DNA of 64,000 nucleotides from Octopus bimaculoides (lineage: Eukaryota). The stretch is taken from assembly GCF_001194135.2 (NCBI RefSeq), contig NC_068998.1:2190684-2254683 (forward strand), in the 5' to 3' direction. The position numbers and the translations under genes were made by a program. The notes below the pieces were generated by a model. That model made no database searches, was not told the origin of the DNA, and worked only from the letters and a program-made list of their open reading frames with translations. Below are positions 38,683-48,861 of this stretch, piece after piece (the first letter of the stretch is position 1; each line of letters starts with the position of its first letter).

Positions 38683-41295
38683 TTGTTGTGGTGGTTGTTG
38701 TTGTTGTTTTTAGAATTGTAACTTGTAGCAACTGTCAATCATTGTAGAAACAACAGTAACTACCCCCACTATGGTGGGGGAGGGGGTGACAAGGACTGGC
38801 AACTGTGACTGCACACACACACACACTCGCATGTGCATTTAAACATATACATGTGTGTGCATATATTTGTGTGTGTGTATATATATGTGTGTGTGTGTGT
38901 GTGTATACAATTTCTAGCAGATTGTTTGACTATAGTAGTTTATAGATATATGTGTGTGTGTGTGTGCATTTATATATATCATCATCATCAGCAGCATCGT
39001 TGTTTAACATCTGCTTTCCATGCTGGCATGGGTTGGATGGTTTGACTGAGGACTGATGAATCAGATGGCTACACTAGGCTCCAATCTGATCTGGCAAGGT
39101 TTCTACAGCTGGATGCCTTTCCTAATGCCAACCACTCCAAGAGTGTAATGGGTGCTTTTATGTGCCACCAGCACGAGTGCCATTTGCGTGACACTGGTAT
39201 CTGCCACAACTGTGATTTTGCCTAAGTTTAATCTTNNNNNNNNNNCCACCCCAAAAAAACGTGTTACCATATTTCTACTGAAATATACTCATCATCATCA
39301 TCATCATCATCATCATCTAATGTCTGTTTTCTATACTGGTTTGAGTTTGATGGGTTGACAGGGGCTGGAGAGCTGCATCAGGCTCCATTGGTTTGTTTTG
39401 TCATGGTTTCTACAGCTGGATGCCCTTCCTGATGCGAACCATTTTACAGAGTGGACTGAGTCCTTTTGACATGATACTTTACATTAAATTTAATTTTGAA
39501 AATAATGAAGAATTTAGAAAAATAATTGTAATTATTCAATTGGGTTTGGAACATTAACACTAAATTTTGATGGAAGGTTAAAATTTAGATCATTTAAGAA
39601 AAAACAAAAAAAACACAAGTTTGTCATAGAACCAGGAGGGGTGATTATAGGTGGGTTGGCATCAAAAAGATTAAACTTGCAACAGACACACACACACACA
39701 CACTCAGAATGAGATCTGCTGCTAAATCTGTTTTCAACTTTAAGACTTTTATAGAAAAGCAATTTCTTATCCTTCTTCACATTTATTCTTCTGACATTAC
39801 CAAAATTACATTTACAATAAGCTGGAGTGGACAACAAGATAATTAATGCCTATCTTGCGTATATTATACCACTACTAATTATAGTTATTATATCAATAAA
39901 TACTAATTAGGTTATATAATGATGGTCATTATTTAACAAGTCTACTCTGTATGTGATACAAACGCTGTGTAGACTCTCGCTTTCTCTCTTTCTCTTGATT
40001 TTACTTCTGAGCAATTTTTGTGGAAAGAATGATAATTATGTAGTTAGAGGTTTTTGGAATTCAGAAGTAAAATAAAGACACTTGGTACCAGAGAAAGGTG
40101 GCTGGTTGTAGAAGATGATATTATTTAACAGTCTTTCAAAATCTTTGTATATTGTTTCTTGACGGTTTTTTTGTTTGTTTGAAATAACTGCCTGTGTAAT
40201 GATACCGAGAGATGGAATAACCATGTTTGTAATGTTATAAATTGAAATGATTCTTTGTAATGATATAGAAGGCTGGAATGACTGTCTTTGTAATGATGTA
40301 GAGGGTTGGATTTGATTTGATCCCTAATCCATACAACATCTGTCTATCTCCCTTCTACCATGTTTTGATCTGCATTCACCATCTCCATCTATTTCCCTCC
40401 CACTCAATCTTCCAGGTTCCCAAATCTGAAGCACAAAAACAAGAAGCAATGGAATGGCATTATGGTGATCTAACACAGGCCAGTTACCGAACCCAGGTGG
40501 CTGGAGGGGTAGTTTGTAAAATTGCTCAGGAGGTCAGTTCAAATTTTATTATTATTATTTTATGTTTGACTTTTGCTTTGCATTTGTACAAGTTGGCTCC
40601 AAGTCTCACCCAGAGACCTCAAGAGACAGTGTTTGTTTTAAAATTTGAGATTACATAGACAGTATTTTACATAGGATATGGGCAGTTCCCATGAACACTA
40701 TCTTTTGAATTTCTGCCATTTTGGGGTTTCCTGGTATCTGAGCTAGGTAGCAATCCCCCCATTGCTATCATCTAATATTTCAATTCTGCAGAATGGAATA
40801 CCAAAATAAATCTAGTAATTGCTTGAGAAATTAGCAGAAACACAGCTTCTAAAATATGTTAAATGTAGATTCGATGCCTTGTCATGTCAACAACCGACCA
40901 GCAAGAAATATGTTGCTGTTGTTTTATTGTTGTTTCAACCATTTATTTATTGGAAAATTACCTTTTCAATATGTGACCAATGATGTTACATATTTCTGTC
41001 TAAATAACGTGGGAATATACAAGAAATTTCTTTATTAAATGTTGTTGTTGTAAACTTTCAAAAGCAACAAAGTTGTTTTCTAGTTGTTTCATAATATCTA
41101 ATTACACAGACAAACCCTGACGAGTTAAGTGGAAGTGCTGATAGTGATGATAATGTCTCCGGCCGAGGTACCCCAGCTTGCCATCTCGCAGCTCACAAGT
41201 CTGGTTATGCTGTCAAGCAGGGAGCTGTGGTAAGTTCATCCGAAATGTAAACATGTCATCTTATCAATTTCAAAACCTTTCTGTGACAGCAGGAC

Positions 41296-41382
<87 letters not shown>

Positions 41383-44300
41383 ATCATCATCATCGTTTAA
41401 CGTCCGTTTTCCATGCTGGCATGGGTTGGACGGTTCGACTGGGGTCTGCAAAAGCCAGGAGGCTGCACCAGGCTCCAGTCTGATCTGGCAATGTTTCTAC
41501 AGCTGGATGCCCTTCCTAATGCCCCACACTCTGAGAGTGTGGTGGGTGCTTTTTACATGCCACTGGCACTGGAGCCAGAGGGGGCTGGCATTGACCATGA
41601 TTGGATCTGTCAAGCAGTCCAACTCATACCAGCATGGAAAATGGATGTTAAATGATGATGCTGATGATGATTATTATTATTATTATTATTATTATTTTCC
41701 TAATCTCTTTAGCGGAAAAGCTGGAAACGGAGGTTTTTTGTACTCACAGATCAAGGAATTTCATACTATCAATCAGAACAAGTAAGTTTTTAATTATTTT
41801 CTGTAATTAGGAATTTGTCTTTTTTTTTTATTGTTTGTAATTTAAGAGTTTTTTTCAGTATTCTTTTAACTATTCTTCTTGTGGTGAGTAAAGGCACTTT
41901 ATTGTATGTGTTCAAGTTCTGCCTAGATAGACTTTACCATTCTTCTTTCTACTGATGATAAAATAATGTACCAGTCATATACTAGTGTTGATACAATTAA
42001 TGCAACCGTCCCCACTTCAAAAATCTGCAGCCTTGGGCTAATCTTGGCAGTGGATGGACAGAATTAGTAAGGTTCCAGGAAAAGATACCTTGTGGATTTT
42101 GTTGTGGCCCTATTGTGGAAAGTAAATGTTTTAAGATTTGGGAAAATTCTCTCCAGAAAGAGAATCTTCAACCAGATTCAAATCTGAGTCTTATAAGATG
42201 TTATCCTTGTATTTAAGATGCAACCCTTGTGTCTAAAACATGACATTTGTTGTATCTAGACCCTTACTATGTCTTAAGACAAAACCCTTGCTGTGTACAT
42301 GTGGAAACTCTTGCTGCATCCAAGATGTGATCTTTGCTGCATCTGAGGCAAGACCCTTGTTGTGTCCAAGGTGAGACCCTTGTTGCCTCTATATTGATAC
42401 ATCACTACCAGGTTTAATATTAAAAGTCAGTGTGTTGGTGCAAACTGTAGGAAACTGGACTTCAGTGCTTGGAAGTATTTAGTTTTATCTCTCCCTGTTC
42501 TGACTTCAGTAAAATGATGACCCCTTATAAGCCAGTACAGTCCACTGACCATACCTGTTCCTCTGTAAACACTTCTGACAAATCAAATAGCTATAAAAAA
42601 CAAACAAACAACTGATTTATGTTGTTGCTATTGATCCAGCTTATCTTTTACTATATTACCAAATATATCCTTTCTTTTGTAGGGTATTATTTGAGATGTT
42701 TCACTGCCATTTCTAGCTAGATCAAGTGAATGCATAGAGGCTTCCTTGTTCAGGTAGTCAAATAACTGAAATGATATTGTGGTAGTTGTGAGGTATTGGG
42801 AGTGGGGGGTGGGGTGGAAGGATAGGGTCTAAGCAGAGAGACCCTTCTGGGGCTGATAAAATAAAGTACCAGTTAAATACTGGTGTTAATACAATAAACA
42901 ACTACTATTTTGGTTTTATGACTATATTCGAAATAATTATAATAGTTTGCTTTTATTACCATATTATCTGTGTGTGTGTAATAAACAGAAAACTGTATCT
43001 TGTGTGGCATTTATTATTCCTGATATTGTTCCTCCATAAATATCTCTTTAACTTCTCTTCTCTTGCCATTTCTTTCAGTCACTGTCTCCAATACGAACAA
43101 TACCTAAAAATAATCTACTAGAAGTTAAAAAGTCAATTGCGTAAGTAGACACATTGTCTCTTCTTGTCTCCATTGATCTTCTACTGCACCCTTCACTCTC
43201 TCACTCCCCGCTTCTTCCTCTCTCACTCCCCTCTTCTTCCCCTCTCACTCCCCTCTTCTTCCCCTCTCACTCCCCTCTTCTTCCTCTCTCACTCTCCGCT
43301 TCTCTGTTACTCTTTCTCTCTTATATATTGTGATTCCGTATTTCTATGTGTGAGAGAGACTTTTCACATTGTCACCATTATCTGGTCAACTGTATTCATC
43401 AGTGAATAAAAACAGGTTTATCAAATAATCGCTTAACATGAATGATGCAGTGGAGAAAGAAAAGCCATTGGATTTGGTTAAAAGAGACAATGAGCAAAGG
43501 CTTGAAGAATATTGAGCAAAACCTAGGGACCAATTGATCTAACGAGCAGGGCCTCATCTCAGTGAGTGGGTCTGGTGTGTATTGAGAGGAAGGCCCTGAA
43601 ATGGCACACATTCTCTCTTAATGACCCCCATAACGTGTACTAGCACCCAATATGTGGAGCTTTCAACTGGTAACACTTGCAGCTGCAAGTTGTTTGCAAA
43701 TAATAACGATCATGATGAAAGGCTTTGTTTTGAGTTCAAATCCAACTGAGGCTAACTTCATGCTTCATCCTTCTGGAGGTGGGTAGGTGGGGGGTCAATA
43801 AAATAAAATACCAGTCAGATACTGAGGTCAATCTAATCCTGCCCACCACCTTTCACAAAACTTGCTGACCATCTGCTTAAATTAGAAACAATTATTATTG
43901 TTATTTTTTGTAATTTGTTCCAGGACACACCTTGACAGAGATAACCTATTTGAAATAATTACCTCAAAGAGAACATTCTATGTCCAGGTAAGTGACCAAC
44001 TGACCAGACTGCTTTACTATCCATTTAGATCAGCACTAACCAAAATAAAATAAAAATATGAAAACAAATTTTCTTAGAGAAGAGTCAGTCATTAAAGGAG
44101 CTTCTGGATGGTGGCTTAATATGCTAAAAATAGCAGCTAAATGTCAAAGATGTATCAGAAAAACTGATATTCTGTCAGTTATCAAGGTTTCCTGTGGATG
44201 TGATGAATGGGACAGCCTGCTTGCGAAATGAATGTGTAAGTGGCTGAGTACTCCACAGACATGAGAAACCTTAATGTAGTTCTCAGGGAGATTCAGCATG

Positions 44301-45186
44301 ACACAGAGTGTGACGAGGCTGGCCCCTTTGAAATACAGGTACAACTCATTTTTACCAGCTGAGTAAACTGGAGCAATGTGAAATAAAGTGTCTTGCTCAA
44401 AGACAGAACGTGCTGCTGGGAATTGAACTCCTGACCTTACAATCATGAGTTAAGCATCTTCATATATTAGATAATGTGTTCCTAGATACACTCTGCATGA
44501 AAAAATTGCAATATATACATGATGTCTGTGACTTAAAGACGAACACTTCTTATTTAGAACCAACTAATTATTCTGGCGAAAAGAAGATAAGACCAACAAG
44601 TTGTTTTCGTAATTCCTGATGCCACTAGAATATGGAACCAATAATTGTTTGATGACAATCTAGCACCTCAAGAATATGAGACTGACAAATTGTTTTCATG
44701 GCACCACAAAATATAGGGACCAATAATTGTTTTGGTAATTGTTGATACAAGAACAGGACTTACAAGTTGGTCTGTTGATTCTTGGCATCACAATAAATTG
44801 GCAAACCAACAAGAAATCTTTTACAAGGTCCTCCCTCGATTTGTTAGGAATTGCAGCTAAATCCTTTAGCATCTTGGTGGGGTGGGCACATTGGATAATG
44901 TAGTTGAAGACATAGTAAAGCAGGCCAGATGGTCATGACTGTTATTGGTCATGGCTGACCTAGGGCTAAACAGCAACAACTAACCCTTAAAAAGGGGTTA
45001 TCGAGATATTTTCTTCATGTGATGTGGATTTCTCTCCTCCATTTTCGTTCTCAGGCAGATTCTCCAACAGATATGAGCAGCTGGATTGATGCGATACAAA
45101 AACTCCTTAAAACTATTAAATGTGAAGAACGAAAGGTAAGACAACTTTTTTAGGCACCACTACCATTTATCAAAACACATAACCTA

Positions 45187-45222
<36 letters not shown>

Positions 45223-47146
45223 TAAGAAGGGTATAGAAGGGCTGTAGGGGGACATCTAAAGAAACAACCCCCGTCTGTATACTTACTCCAGTCAGCATCC
45301 AACCAAAGCTGTTCTACCATTTTCCCTCCCTTTTCATTCCTTTAAGAATTTCTGATTTAAAACTTAGTTTTAGTAGATTCTGTTTTTATTCTTAAGACGT
45401 AGGAATTGTTTTCTGCTCTTAAGTGACATGTNNNNNNNNNNNNNNNNNNNNNNNNNNNNNNNNNNNNNNNNNNNNNNNNNNNNNNNNNNNNNNNNNNNNN
45501 NNNNNNNNNNNNNNNNNNNNNNNNNNNNNNNNNNNNNNNNNNNNNNNNNNNNNNNNNNNNNNNNNNNNNNNNNNNNNNNNNNNNNNNNNNNNNNNNNNNN
45601 NNNCACCACCACCACCACCGTTGTCACCATTGCATTTGCACCCATCATCGTCATCACCACATTTCTCCCCACTCCATTATCATAATTAGCATCACATTCG
45701 TCATCACTGCATTCATCATTACAGTTATCATTACCACCACATTCATGCCCCCATTATCATCATTACATTCATCACCATCATATTCACACCTGTCATCATC
45801 ATTACCCCATTCATTGTCGTCATCATAATCATCATCAATATATCCACCACCACCACCAATGCTTCTAAAAGATTAAAGAAAATAAATACATTTTGTCTCC
45901 ACTGTTTAGTTATTACTTAACTGCAATCATTATCATCGTCATCACTATTATTAATTTATTCAACAATTAACAGGAAATTTAGTTAAGACATTTTCTCTCT
46001 CTCTCTGCAACCCACCTATTCCCTTCTATCCCCTACCTGGACCAATCTTCTACTAATTAATAGTTTATTTAGCGGATATTTTATTATTTAGATGTTTGTG
46101 AAGTCATTAGTGAGAAAACTCTGCCCATGCAGATGGACGCAACATAAATCTGTCTTTGCCACAAACAAACACACAGAAATTCCATTGGAAATATCAGTCA
46201 AATCTCCATCAATATCACACCCTACATAATAAGAGGAAGGACACTTTGTGTATCTAGGACTACATTATTGAATGTCTGATAATATGATGGGATGGCTGCA
46301 GTTGGATTGTCTTTGATCATAAGTCCTGAGCTGGCAACAAACCAATACAGACATGACCACCCATGGAGACGAAGCAAATAAATGCGTAAAACGGCTTTGG
46401 AAATAGTTTTGCTCTTCTTTATTTGAACAAAACAACAAATTTGATTTGTTTTGTTTTTCTTTGTATGTTTTATTTGTTATTTCAGCTTTCCACGACTAAA
46501 TTAACAGCCACGTCTGGCTTGTGGTCATTATTCCTGTTTTACTTTTAACACAAGTCTTTAAAATGGTAACTTAAATTAATTTTTTAGGAGAATAAGTGTG
46601 GCTGTGTGGTTAAGAACCCTGCTTCCCAACCATGTGGTTATTGGGTTCAGTACTGCTGGGTGGAACCATGAGCAAGTGTTATCTATTTATAGTCCCCAGC
46701 TGACCAAATCCTTGTGAGTAGATTTGGCAGGTGGAAGCTGTAAGTTTGACTCAGGGTCAGCAATTTTAAAGGGTAGGTTCAGGTTTATTATGTTAAACCC
46801 CAATATTCAAAGATAATAATAATAATAATAATAGAAAAACCCTATCAATTTAGATATTTGTGTTGTATGATATGGAGGTATTTCTTTACTGCTCTCACCA
46901 CTTCCCCTTGCCAAGCTTTCAGTTATATTTCAACATCTCTTGACCGTCACTGGCCGTAGGACACTGCATGTGTCCCAGCAAATGACTGCATCAAACATGC
47001 AGATCAACAACTAACAATGCAATTCTGTTAATTTCATTGTGCAGTGATTCCCTTCTGTTTTCTATTTTCAGTCTATGCAAGATGGCAGTAATAAAACTCC
47101 AAATTATGATATGGAAGTTGTCTATCCGAAGGGCCAGTGGGTATGA
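23043..47146 (+). CDS. PLEKHA1: TAPP1/TAPP2-like tandem PH-domain adaptor, spliced CDS join(23043-23183,35316-35375,36834-36879,37551-37648,40416-40532,41110-41229,41713-41781,43079-43140,43924-43987,45055-45135,47072-47146), 310 aa
   Basis: Manual splicing gives MPYEDQYGRTCGFLNIEEDENTGVFKRRYFLLDSNTNKLHYFKDNPINLNSQSHNPVWEIELQKVSKVSDARKLRPKVDFCFVVNFAGQRYFLQAEDQTDMNKWIDVLNNASKIIVPKSEAQKQEAMEWHYGDLTQASYRTQVAGGVVCKIAQETNPDELSGSADSDDNVSGRGTPACHLAAHKSGYAVKQGAVRKSWKRRFFVLTDQGISYYQSEQSLSPIRTIPKNNLLEVKKSIATHLDRDNLFEIITSKRTFYVQADSPTDMSSWIDAIQKLLKTIKCEERKSMQDGSNKTPNYDMEVVYPKGQWV*. All introns are GT-AG with consistent phases. Recognisable TAPP motifs (MPY..R.CGFL.IEE, KLRPK..FCF, SYRT...GGV, KQGAV.K.WKRR, RDNLFEI.T..RTFYVQADSP) match vertebrate TAPP1 as recalled. 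Probably co-orthologous to PLEKHA1 and PLEKHA2. Confidence 0.95.
23831..24735. other. Assembly gap (N) in intron 1; a second large gap lies at 28519-29227
   Basis: N runs flanked by simple repeats. Confidence 1.
25322..25688. mobile_element. Two copies of the TTAA-type MITE in inverted orientation sharing the TTAA at 25528-25531
   Basis: 25326-25527 (+) and 25532-25684 (-, internally deleted) both align by eye with 47591-47796, e.g. tctcacacctaccct versus agggtaggtgtgaga. Confidence 0.75.
26850..27050 (-). mobile_element. Family C-related SINE fragment
   Basis: tttccatgctcacatggg..cagatgcccttcctgtcactaaccctcacctgtttc; similar pieces at about 15945-16060 and 53420-53535. Confidence 0.55.
27924..28032 (-). 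pseudogene. Decayed 5S rRNA copy (pseudogene or 5S-derived SINE head)
   Basis: Reverse complement ggccata..tgttgaatgcactgattcttgtgtgatcaccaaagttaagcaaagttgagcctagttagtgtttagatgggtgactgcttgggaaaccagggtactgta follows metazoan 5S rRNA including the A, IE and C box regions, with many transitions and a missing 5' end. Confidence 0.8.
30418..31050 (+). mobile_element. Near full-length SINE family C with tRNA-like head, internal 66-bp tandem array and (GAT)n tail
   Basis: A-box-like ggcccagtgg and B-box-like gtttcgattcc at 30420-30460; tail acccatgccagcatggaaaatggacgttaaac-(gat)n shared with many copies in the window. Confidence 0.8.
30634..30890 (+). repeat. Four 66-bp tandem units inside the SINE
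   Basis: The gac(c/t)ggctc motif recurs at 30651, 30717, 30783 and 30849. Confidence 0.9.
33235..33945 (+). repeat. Compound trinucleotide array (CAC/TAC/CAT)
   Basis: Visible directly; source of the poly-His/Thr ORFs. Confidence 0.95.
34670..34945 (+). mobile_element. 3' fragment of an RLE-type (R4/Dong-like) non-LTR retrotransposon
   Basis: MVKIVPIIVGSLGTVPKGI..., then after a frameshift VELLQKVCLFGMARILWKVLNS* (stop 34843-34845); resembles the VPIV.G.LG...LQK..L.G.ARI..KVL C-terminus of restriction-like-endonuclease retroposons. Confidence 0.7.
35316..35375 (+). CDS. PLEKHA1: TAPP-like coding exon 2 (60 nt, NLNSQ...QKVSK)
   Basis: tgcag| acceptor and AAG|gtatgt donor, phase 0/0; positionally matches TAPP1 NLPSGSSRVGAIKLTYISK. 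Confidence 0.85.
35545..35895 (+). mobile_element. SINE family A copy
   Basis: Colinear with 17958-18305. Confidence 0.8.
36834..36879 (+). CDS. PLEKHA1: TAPP-like coding exon 3 (46 nt, VSDARKLRPKVDFCF)
   Basis: ttttatccag| acceptor and G|gtacgt donor; peptide close to TAPP1 VSDATKLRPKAEFCF. Confidence 0.95.
37293..37542 (+). mobile_element. SINE family B copy abutting the exon 4 acceptor
   Basis: Complete head, core and tail ending gaatttgaaaccatg(att)n directly before tatctttcag. Confidence 0.85.
37551..37648 (+). CDS. PLEKHA1: TAPP-like coding exon 4 (98 nt, end of PH1)
   Basis: tctttcag| acceptor and ATT|gtaagt donor; RYFLQAEDQTDMNKWIDVLN is the PH C-terminal helix with the invariant Trp. 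Confidence 0.95.
38980..39470 (-). mobile_element. Two tandem family C SINE copies
   Basis: The (cat)n-tttaac..ttccatgctggcatgggttgga..ttctacagctggatgcc motif occurs twice (about 38980-39200 and 39290-39470). Confidence 0.75.
40416..40532 (+). CDS. PLEKHA1: TAPP-like coding exon 5 (117 nt, linker, SYRTQVAGGV)
   Basis: tcttccag| acceptor and GAG|gtcagt donor; SYRT..GGV linker motif as in TAPP1 SYRTDIVGGV. Confidence 0.92.
41110..41229 (+). CDS. PLEKHA1: TAPP-like coding exon 6 (120 nt, ends KSGYAVKQGAV)
   Basis: acacag| acceptor and GTG|gtaagt donor; start of PH2. Confidence 0.92.
41381..41670. mobile_element. Family C SINE (-) at 41381-41590 followed by an inverted family C 3' end (+) at about 41595-41670
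   Basis: catcgtttaacgtccgttttccatgctggcatgggttgga versus tccaactcataccagcatggaaaatggatgttaaatgatg. Confidence 0.85.
41713..41781 (+). CDS. PLEKHA1: TAPP-like coding exon 7 (69 nt, RKSWKRRFFVLTDQGISYYQSEQ)
   Basis: tctctttag| acceptor and CAA|gtaagt donor; PH2 basic lipid-binding strand. Confidence 0.95.
42185..42385 (+). repeat. Degenerate minisatellite, about 23-bp period
   Basis: Recurring agacccttg(t/c)tg(t/c)(g/a)tc..ag. Confidence 0.7.
43079..43140 (+). CDS. PLEKHA1: TAPP-like coding exon 8 (62 nt, SLSPIRTIPKNNLLEVKKSI)
   Basis: Long pyrimidine tract plus tttcag|, GC|gtaagt donor; its phase-2 end fits exon 9; matches TAPP1 EPLRVIPL. Confidence 0.88.
43924..43987 (+). CDS. PLEKHA1: TAPP-like coding exon 9 (64 nt, RDNLFEIITSKRTFYVQ)
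   Basis: ttgttccag| acceptor and CAG|gtaagt donor; near-identical to TAPP1 RDNLFEIVTTSRTFYVQ. Confidence 0.95.
44590..44790 (+). repeat. Degenerate minisatellite, about 40-45-bp period
   Basis: Recurring gacca(a)..aattgttt..gcacc/gccac..aatat. Confidence 0.5.
45055..45135 (+). CDS. PLEKHA1: TAPP-like coding exon 10 (81 nt, ADSPTDMSSWIDAIQ...)
   Basis: ttctcag| acceptor and AAG|gtaaga donor; PH2 terminal helix. Confidence 0.95.
46598..46745 (+). mobile_element. SINE family A, 5' part
   Basis: gtggctgtgtggttaagaaccctgcttcccaaccatgtgg..gagcaagtg..gaccaaatccttgtgagtagatttgg. Confidence 0.7.
47072..47146 (+). CDS. PLEKHA1: Probable terminal coding exon 11 (SMQDGSNKTPNYDMEVVYPKGQWV*)
   Basis: Strong acceptor ccttctgttttctattttcag|, phase 0, stop TGA at 47144-47146. 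No recognisable homology, so inferred from splice signals only. Confidence 0.6.
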   Translation, partial: SMQDGSNKTPNYDMEVVYPKGQWV

Positions 47147-47590
47147 ACACAATCCTCCACAAAGCATGAACCTCTTTTATCTGTCTGTAAATGGTGAATT
47201 CAGCCTGGCCAAAATCTTGTCTTTGCCTAGCATTCAATCCTTTCTCCTCTCTAAAACTGCATCTTCCTTTCAGCATGTTGCTTTTTATCTTTTTCTTTTA
47301 AATTTTTATAATTTTTATAATTTTTGTATAATTTTCTCATCTGTATTGTTGCCAGCAACACGCAGGTCCTCAAAACCTTGCTTGCTCTTCGTTTTTCCTT
47401 CATGTGCATAAACATATATACTTACATAAACACATGCATAACACATATACATAGTTATATATACTTACACACATGCATATACATACTGTATTTGATGGTA
47501 TATAAGACATGCTTTTTCCTAAAAAAAAAAAATTCTTTTAAATCACCTCAGATCCTATATGCTTAGTCAAGCCTACAATACATACTTTAA

Positions 47591-47796
47591 CCCTTAATCA
47601 GCCATAATCATCCCAAATATTCTACCTGTTTTAGGCTCAAATAGGCCAGATTTGGCCCCTTACACTTACCCTACACTGTTGTTCTAAAAATAACCATGTC
47701 ATTAAAATTTCGAGGCTATGAGATAATCCAGGATTAATTCAAAACAATGAATAAATAAGGATTATATTTGACAGAGTAATCTGAATGTAGAAAGGG
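47591..47796 (+). mobile_element. piggyBac-type MITE (TTAA-CCCTT...AAGGG-TTAA)
   Basis: TTAA at 47587-47590 and 47797-47800 flank CCCTT/AAGGG termini; the interior is shared with the copies at 25326-25684. Confidence 0.75.
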
Positions 47797-48698
47797 TTAA
47801 TGCAATGGAAAACACTTCTTGATTTGTACGTCTGGAATCGGTCTTAGTTCAATATATCCGTGTCTTTTATGCTATCAAATACATACAAACAAAAACACAT
47901 CTTTGCCTTAGCAGCAATGTCAAAAATGGACAAAAGAACTTAAAATACATTATACATACATTTACTCACCAATATATAGTCACCCATGTATACATCTGTA
48001 ATAAGGTTTATATAATGTTATACCCCTATTGCTTACATATATACACACACATGCATAATACGTGTACACAAATGTCAGTTTTTAACTTTTTAAAATAAAT
48101 TTTAATAAAATAAAACAAACTTGAGAGTTGTATTTGTGTGGCAAGTGAGTTGATCTGAGAATGTTTGAAACTGAAGGAATTACATCATGGAAGAACTATT
48201 TTAAATGTTTAAGACAACACACAGAAAGAAATTCTTAAATTCTTTTACATTTAATTTTCTGTAAGTATCAAAAAATTTCATCACACCACTGTGACCAGGT
48301 CCATGATACAATTTGTATGAGGAAAATTTTGATACCAAGAAATAAATGGAAAGCAAATTTAATAAATTTTGCATGTATCTTTTTTTAATATGGTTAAAAT
48401 GTTTCTTTCATGATGCAATTATAAAATAAATAAACTAAACTAAAAAAAAAAAAACTTAAATAGGTCTCCTGCTGTAAATTTTCTATAAAAATGGAAAAAG
48501 ATGTGATTTCAAGAATAAACAATTTTATTCCTTCAGCAAAAATGATATTTTTACAGATGGAGGCTTTGAGATCAACACAGAAATACACCATCTAATAGCA
48601 GTAAACAGAGGAACATGTTGGCACAACCATTCCAACATTTTCCTCTAATTTACTACCATTATATATATGTTATGTGATTTGACTATAATATATACATT

Positions 48699-48861
48699 CT
48701 CTGAGTGGTTGGCGTTAGGAAGGGCATCCAGCTGTAGAAACTCTGCCAAATCAGACTGGAGCCTGGTGTTGCCATCCGGTTTCACCAGTCCTCAGTCAAA
48801 TCGCCCAGCCCATGCTAGCATGGAAAGCGGACGTTAAACGATGATGATGATGATGATGATG
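48699..48861 (+). mobile_element. 5'-truncated family C SINE with 9-bp target-site duplication
   Basis: atatacatt at 48690-48698 and 48862-48870; (gat)n tail; several CpGs intact. Confidence 0.8.

Noticed and set aside
46916-47015. Alternative terminal exon (ccaag|CTTTCAG... reading LSVIFQH...NN*, or ttcag|TTATATTTC... reading LYFNIS*)
   Set aside because: Weaker acceptor than 47072 and no supporting similarity; not excluded without RNA data
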